A stretch of 64,000 nt of DNA. It comes from Cycas panzhihuaensis. Lineage: Eukaryota > Plantae > Cycadophyta. The position numbers and the translations under genes are program-made. Where the stretch lies: NCBI GenBank assembly GCA_023213395.1, contig CM041465.1:200081741-200145740 (forward strand), read 5' to 3'. Shown in pieces: positions 41,954 to 53,079 of this stretch. The notes under the pieces were generated by a model. It ran no database searches. It was not told the origin of the DNA and worked only from the letters and a program-made list of their open reading frames with translations. How positions within the stretch are numbered: the first letter of the stretch is position 1; the number at the start of each line of letters is the position of its first letter.

Positions 41954-44900
41954 TGTTGGATATTGTGACAACAATAGTTTGAGGCTAAAGTTTTGGCATG
42001 TTAGCGGCGCAATTTCCCCTCTAATCTTTCTCGGGGGGCCACCCCCCTTGGCTGGGGGGTGTGGGGGTGTGGAACGCCCCCCGCTAAGAGGGGGTTCAGG
42101 GGCTTTTCAAAAAATTAGCCTTGTAAACCATATTAAAATGTAAAGAGAATCAGGGTCATTTAATACAAATACCCTAGATTCTACGGTTGAGATTTATGCC
42201 TTGGATGTCCCTCTCGTGTAGCTCGATTTAGGGCTTTTCTTATTATGTTGTATATAATGTAATGTACTGTGATGAGGGCGGCAACTGGTTGTTGTTCCTA
42301 AGATCACTCTGCTACTGAGATGTACTTTTTCTCCATTTTACAACAATATAAAGATCGATACCTTTCATGTGTGGATGTTTCCCTAGCACATTGCTAGGGT
42401 TTTACCATGTTATATCGGGCGCATATGTGAGATTTGACTTTCATATTCATGTTATTGTATTATCTCTGTGTTTAGAACTTGCATGTTAAATTCTAATTTT
42501 GATTCCTATAACTAGTTGCAAAATAGTTCAGATCTTATGGCGGTTTAAGGTTTGGGACTTTATATTCTCAATAAGTGGTATCAGAGCCACTTTTTTTTGC
42601 AGTGAGTTTATGAAGGTTTTGGTGTCGGCTTTTCTATACCAAATGGCGAAACTAGCAGGTATAAAGTTCAAGGTGGAGAAATTCAATGACAAGAACAACT
42701 TCAAGTTGTGGAAGCTAAAAGCGCATGATGTTCTTATACAGTAGGGTTTGTATAAAGCCCTTGCAGGTAAATCAAAGAAACCCACAAGGATGGATGATGA
42801 TGAATGGGATGACTTAAATAAAAAGACACTTAGCACAATACGATTATGTTTGGCAGATGAAGTCTTATTTAACATTGAAGGGGAGGAGACAACAACATGA
42901 TTATGGACCCAGTTGGAAGGCCTATATATGACCAAATCAGTAACAAATTGAATCTACCTAAAGAGGCAACTGTACTTGTTACGGATGAAGGAAGGTACAA
43001 AAATTGCTGACCATTTAAATGTTTTCAATACTCTTATTTATTAGTTGACTAGTATCGATGTTAAAATTGAGGATGAGGACAAGGCTGTTACCTTGTTATG
43101 CTCATTACCTAAATCCTGGGATAATATTGTCACCTCAAGTAGTTTTAGCACTACAGATGTATTAGATCATGATTCTGTTTTGAGTGCTTTGCTAATGGAA
43201 GAAGTGCAGAGGAAATCTAGTCTTGAAACCTCCACACTAGAAGCTATGATGGTAAGAGGTAGAACGTTTGAGAGAGGACAAAACTCTAGGGATATATCGA
43301 GGTCCAAGTCAAAGAGTAAAAAGAGTAAGCTCACGTGTTGACATTGTAATAAGACCGGTCACCTTAAGAAGGATTGCTACAAAAGGAAGGAGTTCCAGAA
43401 AAGAGAAGATTCTACCAAGGAGGCAAATCAAGTGGAGTCAAATCAAGGTATGGATGATGATGTCTTGGTCGCTTGTAATGTTTCTCATTATCACCATGAC
43501 TGGTTATTAGATTCAGGTGCTTCACATCACATGTGTCCACACAAGAGTTGGTTCTCATCATACCAACCTCTTGATAATGGTGATGTGCTTATGGGAAATG
43601 GAGTTTCTTATAAGACAATAGGCATTAGTAGCATCATAATTAAGATGTTTGATGGGGTCGCCAGAACATTAACTGAGGTTAGACATATACCTGATCTAAA
43701 AAGGAATCTGATTTCCTTAGGTGAACTAGATTCGGGTGGTTTTAAGCATACAAGTCATGAAGGAGTCTTAAAAGTGTTAAAGGGCGCCTTAGTTGTTATG
43801 AAAGCCTTAAAGAAAGGAAATCTTTACATTTTAGTGGGAAGTACAGATGTCAGCCAAGCATCTACAACATCAAAGACTGTAGAAGATCCAGCTCAGTTAT
43901 GGCATCAGAGACTTGGGCACATGAGTGAGAAAGGACTTAAGGTGCTGATAAACCATAAGTTACTTCCTGACTTACAACTTTCAGATTTAGCTTTCTGTAA
44001 ACATTGTGTTTTTGGAAAATAGTGTAGACTTAGGTTTAAAGTAGGGAGTCACACTAGTAAAGGCATTCTGGATTACATACATTCAAATGTATGGGGACCA
44101 ACCACTAAAATATCTTATGGAGGATCATTGTATTTTGTCACATTTATAGATGATTACTCTAGGAAGGTATGGGTCTATTTTTTGAAAAGGAAATCTAAAG
44201 TTTTCAGTGTGTTTAAGCAGTTCAAGGCTCTAGTTGAGAATAATATTGGTAAGTCAATTAAATGTTTAAGAACTGACAATGGAGGTGAGTTCAACTCCTT
44301 GGAGTTTGAGAACTATTGCAGAGAAGTTGGAATCGAAAGACATAAGACCACTAGCTATACTCTGCAACAAAATGGCATTGCTGAGCACATGAATAGGACA
44401 CTCTTGGAAAGAGTAAGAAGCATGTTAAGTAATACTGGAGTGGAGCAGGGCTTATGGGTAGAAGTTGTTCAAACAGCTTGCTATCTGGTAAACAGATCAC
44501 CATCACTTGCAATAGATTGCAAGATTCCTGAAGAGGTATGGGCTAGACATCCACGTGATTATTCAAATTTGAGAGTTTTTGGTTATGATGCTTATGCATG
44601 GACTGATAAAAGTAAATGTTCAAAGTTAGATCCAAAATCTAAGAAATGTATCTTTGTTGGTTATGGTGATAAAGATGGTGTGAAGGGATACAGGTTGTGG
44701 GATCCTACTGCCCACAAAATCACCATTAACTAAGATGTTGTATTTGATGAATCTCCCCTTGTAAAATCAGACAGTGGAGAAGTTGAAATGAAATAAGAGT
44801 AGCAAGCTCAACATTAACAAGTTAAGTTTGAAATGCATCCATCTGTGGAATCAGAAGTGCAGGAAGATCTTTTTGAAGATGAATCAGTAGCAAATTCACA

Positions 44901-47248
44901 GGAGTATGTGGACACTTCTCTACTAACAGTTAGAAGATCTACACGAGTTAGTCATCCACTTGATAGGTACAACCCTTCTATTTCTATTGCTTTGGTTTCT
45001 AATGATGGTGAGCCCACATGTTGTTAGGAAGCAGTACATGATATCCATGGTGAGAAGTGAAAAAGGGCTATGTAGGAAGAGATAGATGCTTTGAAGAAAA
45101 ATAATTCATGGGACTTGGTAGAACTTCCACATGGTAGGAAGACTGTTGGTTGCAGGTGGGTTTTCAAAAAGAAAATAGATGTTGATGGAAAGGTTGATAA
45201 ATACAAGGCAAGACTAGTGGCTAAAGGTTTTGCACAGAAAACATGTATTGACTTTCATGAGATCTTTTCACCAGTTGTTAAACTTGTTTTAATTTGAGTG
45301 CTGTTAGCATTGGTAGCTTCTCTCGACTTGGAGTTAGAGCAGTTAGATGTAAAAATAACTTTTCTATATGGAGATTTAGATGAAGAGATCTATATGGATC
45401 AACCAATAGGGTTTGTACAAGATGGCAGGAAAAGATTTGTTTGCAGGCTCAGGAAATCATTGTATGGCCTGAAGAAATCACCCAAGCAGTGGCACAAGAA
45501 GTTTGATGCCTTCGTGGAGAGCCAAAATTTTAAAAGAAGTGAGTATGATTATTGTGTTTACTTTAAATTTATGGATAATGGCTTATTCATTATCTTGGTA
45601 TTATATGTTGATGACATCTTTGGTTGCAAGAGCATGGAAGAAATCAATAAGCTAAAGGCTCAATTGGCGCTAGGACTTTTGATATGAAGGATCTAGGAGC
45701 TACAAAATAAATCTTAGGCATGGAGATACACAGAGACAGGAAAAATGGTAAGCTATGGTTATCATAGTAGAAATATGTGGAGAATGTGCTAACCAAGTTT
45801 GGTATGGCAAATGTGAAACTAGTGAGTATCCCATTGGCTTCTCACTTCAAGCTTTCTTCGAATATGAGTCCTAGTAGTGAAGAAGAAAAGGTTTATATGT
45901 CTCATGTGACTTATGCCATTATAGTAGGAAGTTTGATGTATGCCATGGTATGTACAAGACCTAATATTTCACATGCTGTCGGTGTAGTTAGCAGGTTTAT
46001 GGCAAAACCAAGAAAGGAACATTGGGCTGAAGTGAAATGGGTGCTTTGGTATTTGAGAAGCACAAGTGACTTCTGCATCACCTTTGGAGGTACAGGTAAT
46101 CAGGTTTGTGGATATGTCGATTCAGACTTTGTAGGAGATTTAGACAAAAGAAGGTCTACTTCAGGTTATGTTTTCACTCTTGTAAATGGTTCAGTTAGTT
46201 GGATGTCTAAATTGTAGAGCACAATTGCACTGTTAACCACAGAAGTTGAATATGTTGCTGCAGCATATGCTTGTAAAGAAATAATTTGATTACAGGGTCT
46301 ATTAGTTGAGCTTGGAAGGAGATAGGAAAATGTAAAGTTATTTTATAACAGTCAAAGTGCCATTTACTTAGCCAAGAATCCAGCTCATCACAATAGAGCA
46401 AAGCATATTACTCTTAAGTACCATTTTGTTAGACAGGTTGTGGAAGCAGGTGGAGTGGCACTTGAGAAAATTCACACAAATCAGAATTGTGCTGATATGT
46501 TCACAAAACCAGTACCATTAGAGAAGTTCAAATGGTGTTTGACTTCTCTTGGCTTGTAGAAAAGATGATGAAGGTCCAAGAAAGGTACCAAGTAAATTGT
46601 TGTCAAAGTGGAAATTGTTAGAGATTGTGACAACAATAGTTTGAGGCTAAAATTTTGGCATGTTAGCGGCGCAGTTTCCCCCTTAATCTTTCTCGAGGGG
46701 TTTCAAGAGGGGTGGGAGCCCCCCTTGGCCGGGGGTGCGGGGGTGTGGAACGCCCCCTACTAAGAGGGAGTTCGGGGGCGATAGCCCCCAACCTGAAAAA
46801 TAAGCCCTGTAAACCAAATTAAAATGTAAAGAGAATTAGGGTCATTTGATACAAATACCCTAGATTCTACGGTTGAGATTTATGCCTTGGATGTCCCTGC
46901 CCAATTTAAGGTTTTCTTATTATGTTGTATGTAATATAATGTACTGTGATGAGAGCGGCAATCAGTTATTGTTCTTAAGAGCACTCTGCTACTGAGATGT
47001 ACTTTTTCTCTATTTTACAGTAATAAAGATCGATACCTTTTATGTGTAGATGTTTCCCTAGCACACTGCTAGGGTTTTACCACGTTATATTGGGTGCATA
47101 TATGAGATTTAGCTTTCCTATTTATGTTATTGTATTATGTCTGAGTTTAGAACTTGCATGTTAAATTCTAGTTTTGATTCCTATAACTAGTTACAAAATG
47201 GTTTAGATCTTGTGGCGGTTTAAGGTTTGGGACCTTGTATTCTCAACA
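41954..47248 (+). mobile_element. Full-length Ty1/copia (Tnt1/Tork-like), best-preserved element here
   Basis: LTRs 41954-42573 and 46616-47248, perfect TSD CTTTT, PBS TGGTATCAGAGCC (42576-42588), PPT ~46604-46615. Gag-pol from ~42643 (KFKVEKFNDKNNFKLW, CCHC knuckle, WLLDSGASHHM, LWHQRLGHMS, rve, RT, RNase H) with several stops. Confidence 0.97.
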
Positions 47249-47667
47249 CTTTTTAGTAGGTTGCTCCTTATTATGAGAAGATTCACTTTACCTTTCAACA
47301 AGTGGGTCATTTATAATAATCTATTTTGTTTTATCTATATGAGTAGACTATATAGTGGCATAGGAGTTCAGATTCTGTGTAGAGGAAAGTGGGATACCAT
47401 TAAGTTTATAGAGATCATTATTTTCATTTCCTGTTGCTACTACTTGACCAATTAAGTGATCTAAAATAGTGTATATTCCCTGCCTAACGAGTACATTAAA
47501 ATTTTGCTTATCAATTTGACTAATAGAGAGCAAGTTCGATTTCATACCAGGAACATAAAAGACATTGCTAATATGATGATGAGTATCTGAATTTTTCAAA
47601 GCTTTGGGATCTTTCCTAATCTTAGCCATATCATATATAATATTATCACCAAACATTACTATCTGAG

Positions 47668-47671
<4 letters not shown>

Positions 47672-47709
<38 letters not shown>
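47672..47709. repeat. (TA)19 microsatellite within copia protease region
   Basis: Direct read of the sequence. Confidence 0.95.
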
Positions 47710-47712
<3 letters not shown>

Positions 47713-50559
47713 TCTTTCAAGAGTTCTTTAGTACTAGTAATATAATAAGTAACATGAGAATCTATCAACCATGAGTTATTTGAATGATGAGAAGAGAATG
47801 TAGTAAAGAATAGGTTTTGAAATTTGACTTGGGTGTTAGCCACATGGCCTCCTCACTATAAATTTCTATTGTTGCCTTCAGATTGGTTTCTAAGTTTATT
47901 ACTTTATTGTTGTCTATTACCTTGACCACGACCTCTATTTTGTTGTAGATTTAGGTCTCCTTTTCATCTAATTAACTTCTATAAAGCTTGTAAATCAAAT
48001 TACCTTCTTCTATATTCTATGATTATATGCATAGGTTTTCCACAATAGAGGCAAGTAATATTTTGTCTCTTCTACTGAATTTTAGTCTACTATGGAGGTT
48101 GGTTCAAATTCATCGAACTAAATTATTAGGTAAGTGGTTGCTATTTGTAGGAAAATAAACGATGGAGAATAGGGCAAAACATAAAAACATAGATCAATAT
48201 ATTATTGCATAAATAGAAAATCCTTTGTATTCAATCCATTATTTGAGAGAGAGTATTACAAATGTCCAAAAGTAGGTGGTGTTTAAAGACACCAGGGTTG
48301 CATACCCCTCAAAATATATAGTTTGGGGGAGGAGGGAAACTCCTTAACCCCTATAATTCAAACAACAATAAAATATAACTTAACTCAAATTAAATCAAAT
48401 CAACTTAACCTTACCTTACACTTACCTTCACATATGAGCACCCACATGTGTAAATTGGTGAGAGTGAGGTGTGCACTCCTGGTTGGAAGGTAGGAGTGGG
48501 GTGATAATCATTAACCCCAACATTCTTTCCCTTAATGGTCATCACGAACAACTTGTCTTCTCTTTAAACTTGTGAAATTTGTACTTGACAAAAACTTTGA
48601 AGATTTATCTTTTAGCTTGATCATTATTAATTATTCTCATCCTTTTAGCAATGTGTGTGTCTTCGCCATTAAATGGTGCAAAAAATCTGCAAATAAATGT
48701 AGCTTGATTTAAACGTGGATGTGTTGTTACAACTTTGACTTTAACTTCTATAATTTTAACTTCGTCTTCTAAAAACTTTGTGTTGTGAGTGACTATCATA
48801 TCATTATATTTCTCCTCCTCAAATGGAGGATTAGGTTATTGTGCAATAAGATGATCATATATTTGACTTGAATCTTCTTTAATATTTTCATAATAATCCA
48901 CTAGTCCTGGCACTTGTCTCACATGCTCAACAATATCAATGTTAGATTTAATAAGAGTATCTCTCCCATATGTAGAAATCAAGATGTCTCATACAGATTT
49001 GAAAGTTATCAATTCATACACTTTAGAAAACACATTATTATCTATAGTACAAAATAGTAAAGCTAAGGTTTCATTGTCTTTTTTAATGTTTTCCTTAATA
49101 TTAACATTATAGTCATTTTGTAAGTAGTTCCAAAGATCATGTGTAATAAAATAATGTTGTATTGTCTTATGCCATAGTAAAAAATTATGACCATAAAATA
49201 TAGGAAATTGTACTTTACTAAGATTAATTACCATTTTATAGAAAACTTTAGTACATAAAAGGAATATACTTGGCTTGTCGCGTGCTTTATGATCAATTTC
49301 TTTTAGGATATACTGAATGCTCAAGTTTAGCAACTTCAAAACTGTACTAAACAAAGTCAGAATAAAGTGAAATTATACCAATATGGAGATCAACAAAAGA
49401 ACTATTCAATGGAACTGAGCGTTTTGAAAACTGGTTCTTACAAGTCAATATTTTAATGAACCCAAGATACAATAATCTTTTTAAGGCTTAACGGGAGCCT
49501 AGGGCTTAAAATATTATAAAAATGCAAATAAATAATTCTAGAACAATGTGAAATAGTCAAGTATGGTCTAGAGAGCTACTTTATATACTTTTCAGTTGAA
49601 AATTTTGAGAAATAATATATAAAAATATGTAATAATGATAAATTAGAGGCTATTAAGTACCTCAATTTTGATAGATTTGAAAATATGAAAAAACACTTTA
49701 AAATTTATAAATAATAGTGTTAGTTCAAAGAGGAGTGAGTCAGCTTCCCAACGAAACTAATGGATCTGAATTCTGATATAAAATAGAAAAGTTATAATAG
49801 AAATAACAAGTACTTTTATGTAAAAGTGTTTAAAAAATGCTAAAATGTCACTTTCAATGATTAAAATATTGATAAAAGTAAATCCTAAAAAATAAAATGA
49901 ATAGATGGTGATGAAGTTTGTTGATACTAGATGACTTCATAATAGATCTGGGTAGAAAATAATCACCCGGTGATAAAATATAATATGATTAAAAAGGATT
50001 TTTATGAAAATAGTTCAAAACAGTTTAAAAAATGAATGATCGACTTTAAATTGATTAAAAGTGGGTCAAATCAGCTCCAAATAGGGCATATGATCAGTCA
50101 AAATCATACTTCAAAAACTTTTAGACGCAATGGGATAGGTTTCATAAAAAACTGATGACCCAATCAAAAGTTATGGTAAAACTTTGCTAGGTACCCTATG
50201 TGAAATGGAAAAATAAAAAAAATAAAAAAGAAAAGTTTTATAAAAAAATGAATTAGCCCCTTTAACGAAGTGACTAACGGTCACGTGTAAGGACACAGGG
50301 CCGGGGGCTAAGCTTTTAAAAATGGATTTGAAATTATGTATAATTATTTTTTTTTTTTTTTTAAAACCTTATAAAAAACTGAAAAAAAAAATGAAAATTT
50401 TGAAACAATGGCGCTCGTGACGCTGCTGCAGCTGCCGCACTTATCACCACTGCCCACTGTGCTACCATAGTTGACGCATAGCCTATGCAGATACTGTCGC
50501 CGTGTAGAGGATGGCGCTCAAGATCTCCAAGGCTTACAATGTGCTCAACGGATTTTTTT

Positions 50560-51520
50560 TTTCAATGGATTTTTTTTTTTTTGATTTGGATATTACAACT
50601 CCTAAGATTACGATACCCACTGACTTTTGTCTTGATGGCACCCAAAAGACTAATCTTCTGCTTGATTTGGGTTACTTTACATTTAATACAGAGGATGGAA
50701 ATCAATTAAAATCCCTTGAGGCTAAAGAGATCTATATGCAATTCAATTTGGGATTAAAAGATATCTCAATTTTTTTTAGTTGATGGGGATTATGACTGGA
50801 GAGAAAAGTGTCATAGTAAGTCAACTTCAATGCCTCCCTGATAAGATAATTCTAGGTGTCTTCCTGTTCTTGATGAATGTGGCATTACTATATCCCTACA
50901 ATAGATCTGTGTTCCTTATCCTTTGTACCTATCAACCAGGCTGTGTGTGAGGATACCTTCTTTAGGTTTTTATTTTTCTCCAGCTCGTTACCATCGTCTA
51001 TTACAAGTAGTTAGAATATTTCAAGCTAGTGAGAATGGTTAAATTTCAAATTCTATTTGTCCTTGGGATCCTTCTAATTTTGAGGGATATATATCTGTCC
51101 TAGGATGGAAGGGAGTTGGAAATAGAGAGCGTGTATAGCAACCTAGGTTTGCTGCTTTAGTTGGTCAATTTCTTTATATTCTGGAATCACATACTGCCCA
51201 CTCTTACAAATATAGGATAAGCCTTAGAGGAAAGAAGGTTTGTATTGTAGTGGCAGAAGTAGTTGGTGATGTGGAAAATGTGCTTACAGTTTGTGATGCA
51301 GGGTAGTTCAATAGTAAGGTCGCAGAGTTAGTTAATACATTGGTCTTGTGGTGGGATGATGAGATTTCAAGAAGAAATTGGCAGAGTCACCTCCAAGGAG
51401 CTATATATCAAGCATTAGCTTCTGTTGTTATTGCTAGGTTGGATGAAATTCCAACTGATCAAGAGATTGTTACTCATGAATTAGCTAAAGATAATGAAGC
51501 ATTGGATCTTGCTAAGAGAA
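50560..51520 (+). pseudogene. VPS13: Intronless fragment of VPS13 (PH-domain-containing plant VPS13M type)
   Basis: FDLDITTPKITIPTDF..TNLLLDLG, YMQFNLGLKDIS..LVDGDYDW, LPVLDECG, STRLCVRIPSLGFYFSPARYHRLLQV, PWDPSNFEGYISVLGWKGVGNRE, LVGQFLYILES, SLRGK, DEISRRNWQSHLQGAIYQA. Colinear over ~320 codons without introns; stops and frameshifts present. Confidence 0.9.
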
Positions 51521-52399
51521 TTGTTAGGTTTGTGGCATGATGAAACTGTTGTTTCTGCTTCTCCATCTTTGCCCCTTGGAGATTTGATAATGGCAATGAT
51601 GCAGCTTCGTTGTGAGATAATTTTGTGATTTTTGAGGGGCTGTTATTTTTTGTTCAGCTTCTCGTTCGAGATGAGAGAGCGCATATTGTTTTTTTGTATC
51701 TTCTTATTTTTTTTCTTCGGTATAACCAACTCAGAGAACCAATGATTCTCACTTGGCCAACAGTTTACTCCTCCTATGCCACTGCTCACTTATGATTATT
51801 TAGATCTACCTACAGACCTATCGTATGCTTTTTCAGTTTTTTTTAAATTAAATTTTCCTGCGTGGTGTCACTGTTTCAGGCGTTCTTTGCATACTCTGTT
51901 TCATGCTGCTTTCTTGGTGGAATTGCTCCCGTTAGCTTCATGGATTCCTTTGGTTTCCATTCACAAAACCTTGGTTTCCAATCATGAAATGAGACTAATT
52001 GAATGGTTTTAAATTTTGCCAAGGAATTTAACTACCCAATAATTGCTTGTTTGCCAGTAAGTGTTGGGTTCTTTTTTGGAAGTTGTTATTGTACAAAGGG
52101 TTGCTAAGGTTTTGCTATCCTCTCTGTTGAGGATGAGACTCGAATTTACAAAAGTGGGGCTTCTTGGAGCTCAATCTTACATCATGGAATTAGGTTCTAG
52201 GAACTATTTTCAAGGTGTACCTGGGGCCAAGGATGGTTTCGGTGCTTTATGTAGACTTTGCCTAGATGCTAAACTCTATGAGATAATAGAGAATATGTGC
52301 AAGAATTTACGGCGGAGGCTAAGGTTCCAAGCTAGAGGAACTGAAAGGTAGTAAGATGTTAGGCCAGTTCAGTTACCTGTGCTGTAGAGATAGATTTTA

Positions 52400-52538
52400 T
52401 GGATTATCTAAAGAAAAAATACAATACTTTGACTTGTTTAAAAATAAGAAAATAAGACTTGCTTTACTTGTTGGAGTACCAATTTATTGGTATCAATACT
52501 GTAATGTATTACAGTCCCACTATTGTGGAGTTGGCTGG
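52400..52538 (+). pseudogene. Inositol/sugar transporter (INT-like MFS) fragment
   Basis: KIQYFDLFKNKKIRLALLVGV, then (frameshift/deletion) QFIGINTVMYYSPTIVELAG, the plant INT signature QQFxGINTVMYYSPTIVQxAG. Cut by the LTR at 52539. Confidence 0.8.
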
Positions 52539-53079
52539 TGGAATTGCATCTATGGGATGGTCACTACGCTTAATAGGGGTTGAGGTAGTTAACAACCAAT
52601 GTTTGGGTATGGATGGAATCCTATAAGCGGAAGAGAACACCACACAAGGCATCCATGCACCAGAGCGTGAGTTCAGGACCTGTGAATGGTGCCTAACTTC
52701 CTTGGAGTAGATTTCGCTTTTGGTTTCGAGAGGCGAGATACACACAGGGGTATCTCAGATAGTCCTAAAGGGTAAGGTCCTTCCACTCTTGGATGGCCAG
52801 AAGGGAGGAGGAGAGACCCACAAAGGAGAGGTTCCTATAGCAAAGGAACGTAAGATAGGGTACAATAGGCAAAGGGTATAAGACAAGCACATATAGGCCC
52901 TCCTTAGGCTAATTAGCCTAAGGTGAATCTAAACAAAGAAGGGAATGGAAAAAAGGGGGACTAAGAGCTACACTCCCTCTCTTTTCCTTTTTAATAACAA
53001 AAGACAAAAAAAAGAAAAGAAAGCAAGCGTTTTGTATACACTCAAGCATGCATACTAAAGTGAAATGTAACTAAGGGCT

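Larger units (their letters stand above)
38664..48145 (-). mobile_element. Decayed Ty1/copia (minus strand), split by nested elements; 5' part lies beyond later insertions
   Basis: 3' LTR ~38664-39177 with PPT (39178-39187). RNase H/RT (LHHFLGIKV..LSQSKY), integrase (YFITLINEYSPKIWVYFLKNK), then after the nested copia VFYVPGMKSNLLSISQ and protease WLIDSHVTYYIT. Confidence 0.88.
48146..52538 (-). mobile_element. Internally deleted copia derivative (gag N-terminus close to RNase H tail) with a long leader carrying host fragments
   Basis: 3' LTR 48146-48522 and PPT (48523-48534). RNase H tail (KVFVKYKFHKF ~48570-48600) lies only ~400 bp from gag N-terminus PIFYGHNFLLW..HDLW (48989-49235). Leader-type sequence lies on both sides of the VPS13 fragment. 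5' LTR not in window. Confidence 0.7.

Noticed and set aside
52061-52351. 96-aa ORF as another captured gene
   Set aside because: No recognisable homology; the sequence resembles retroelement leader.
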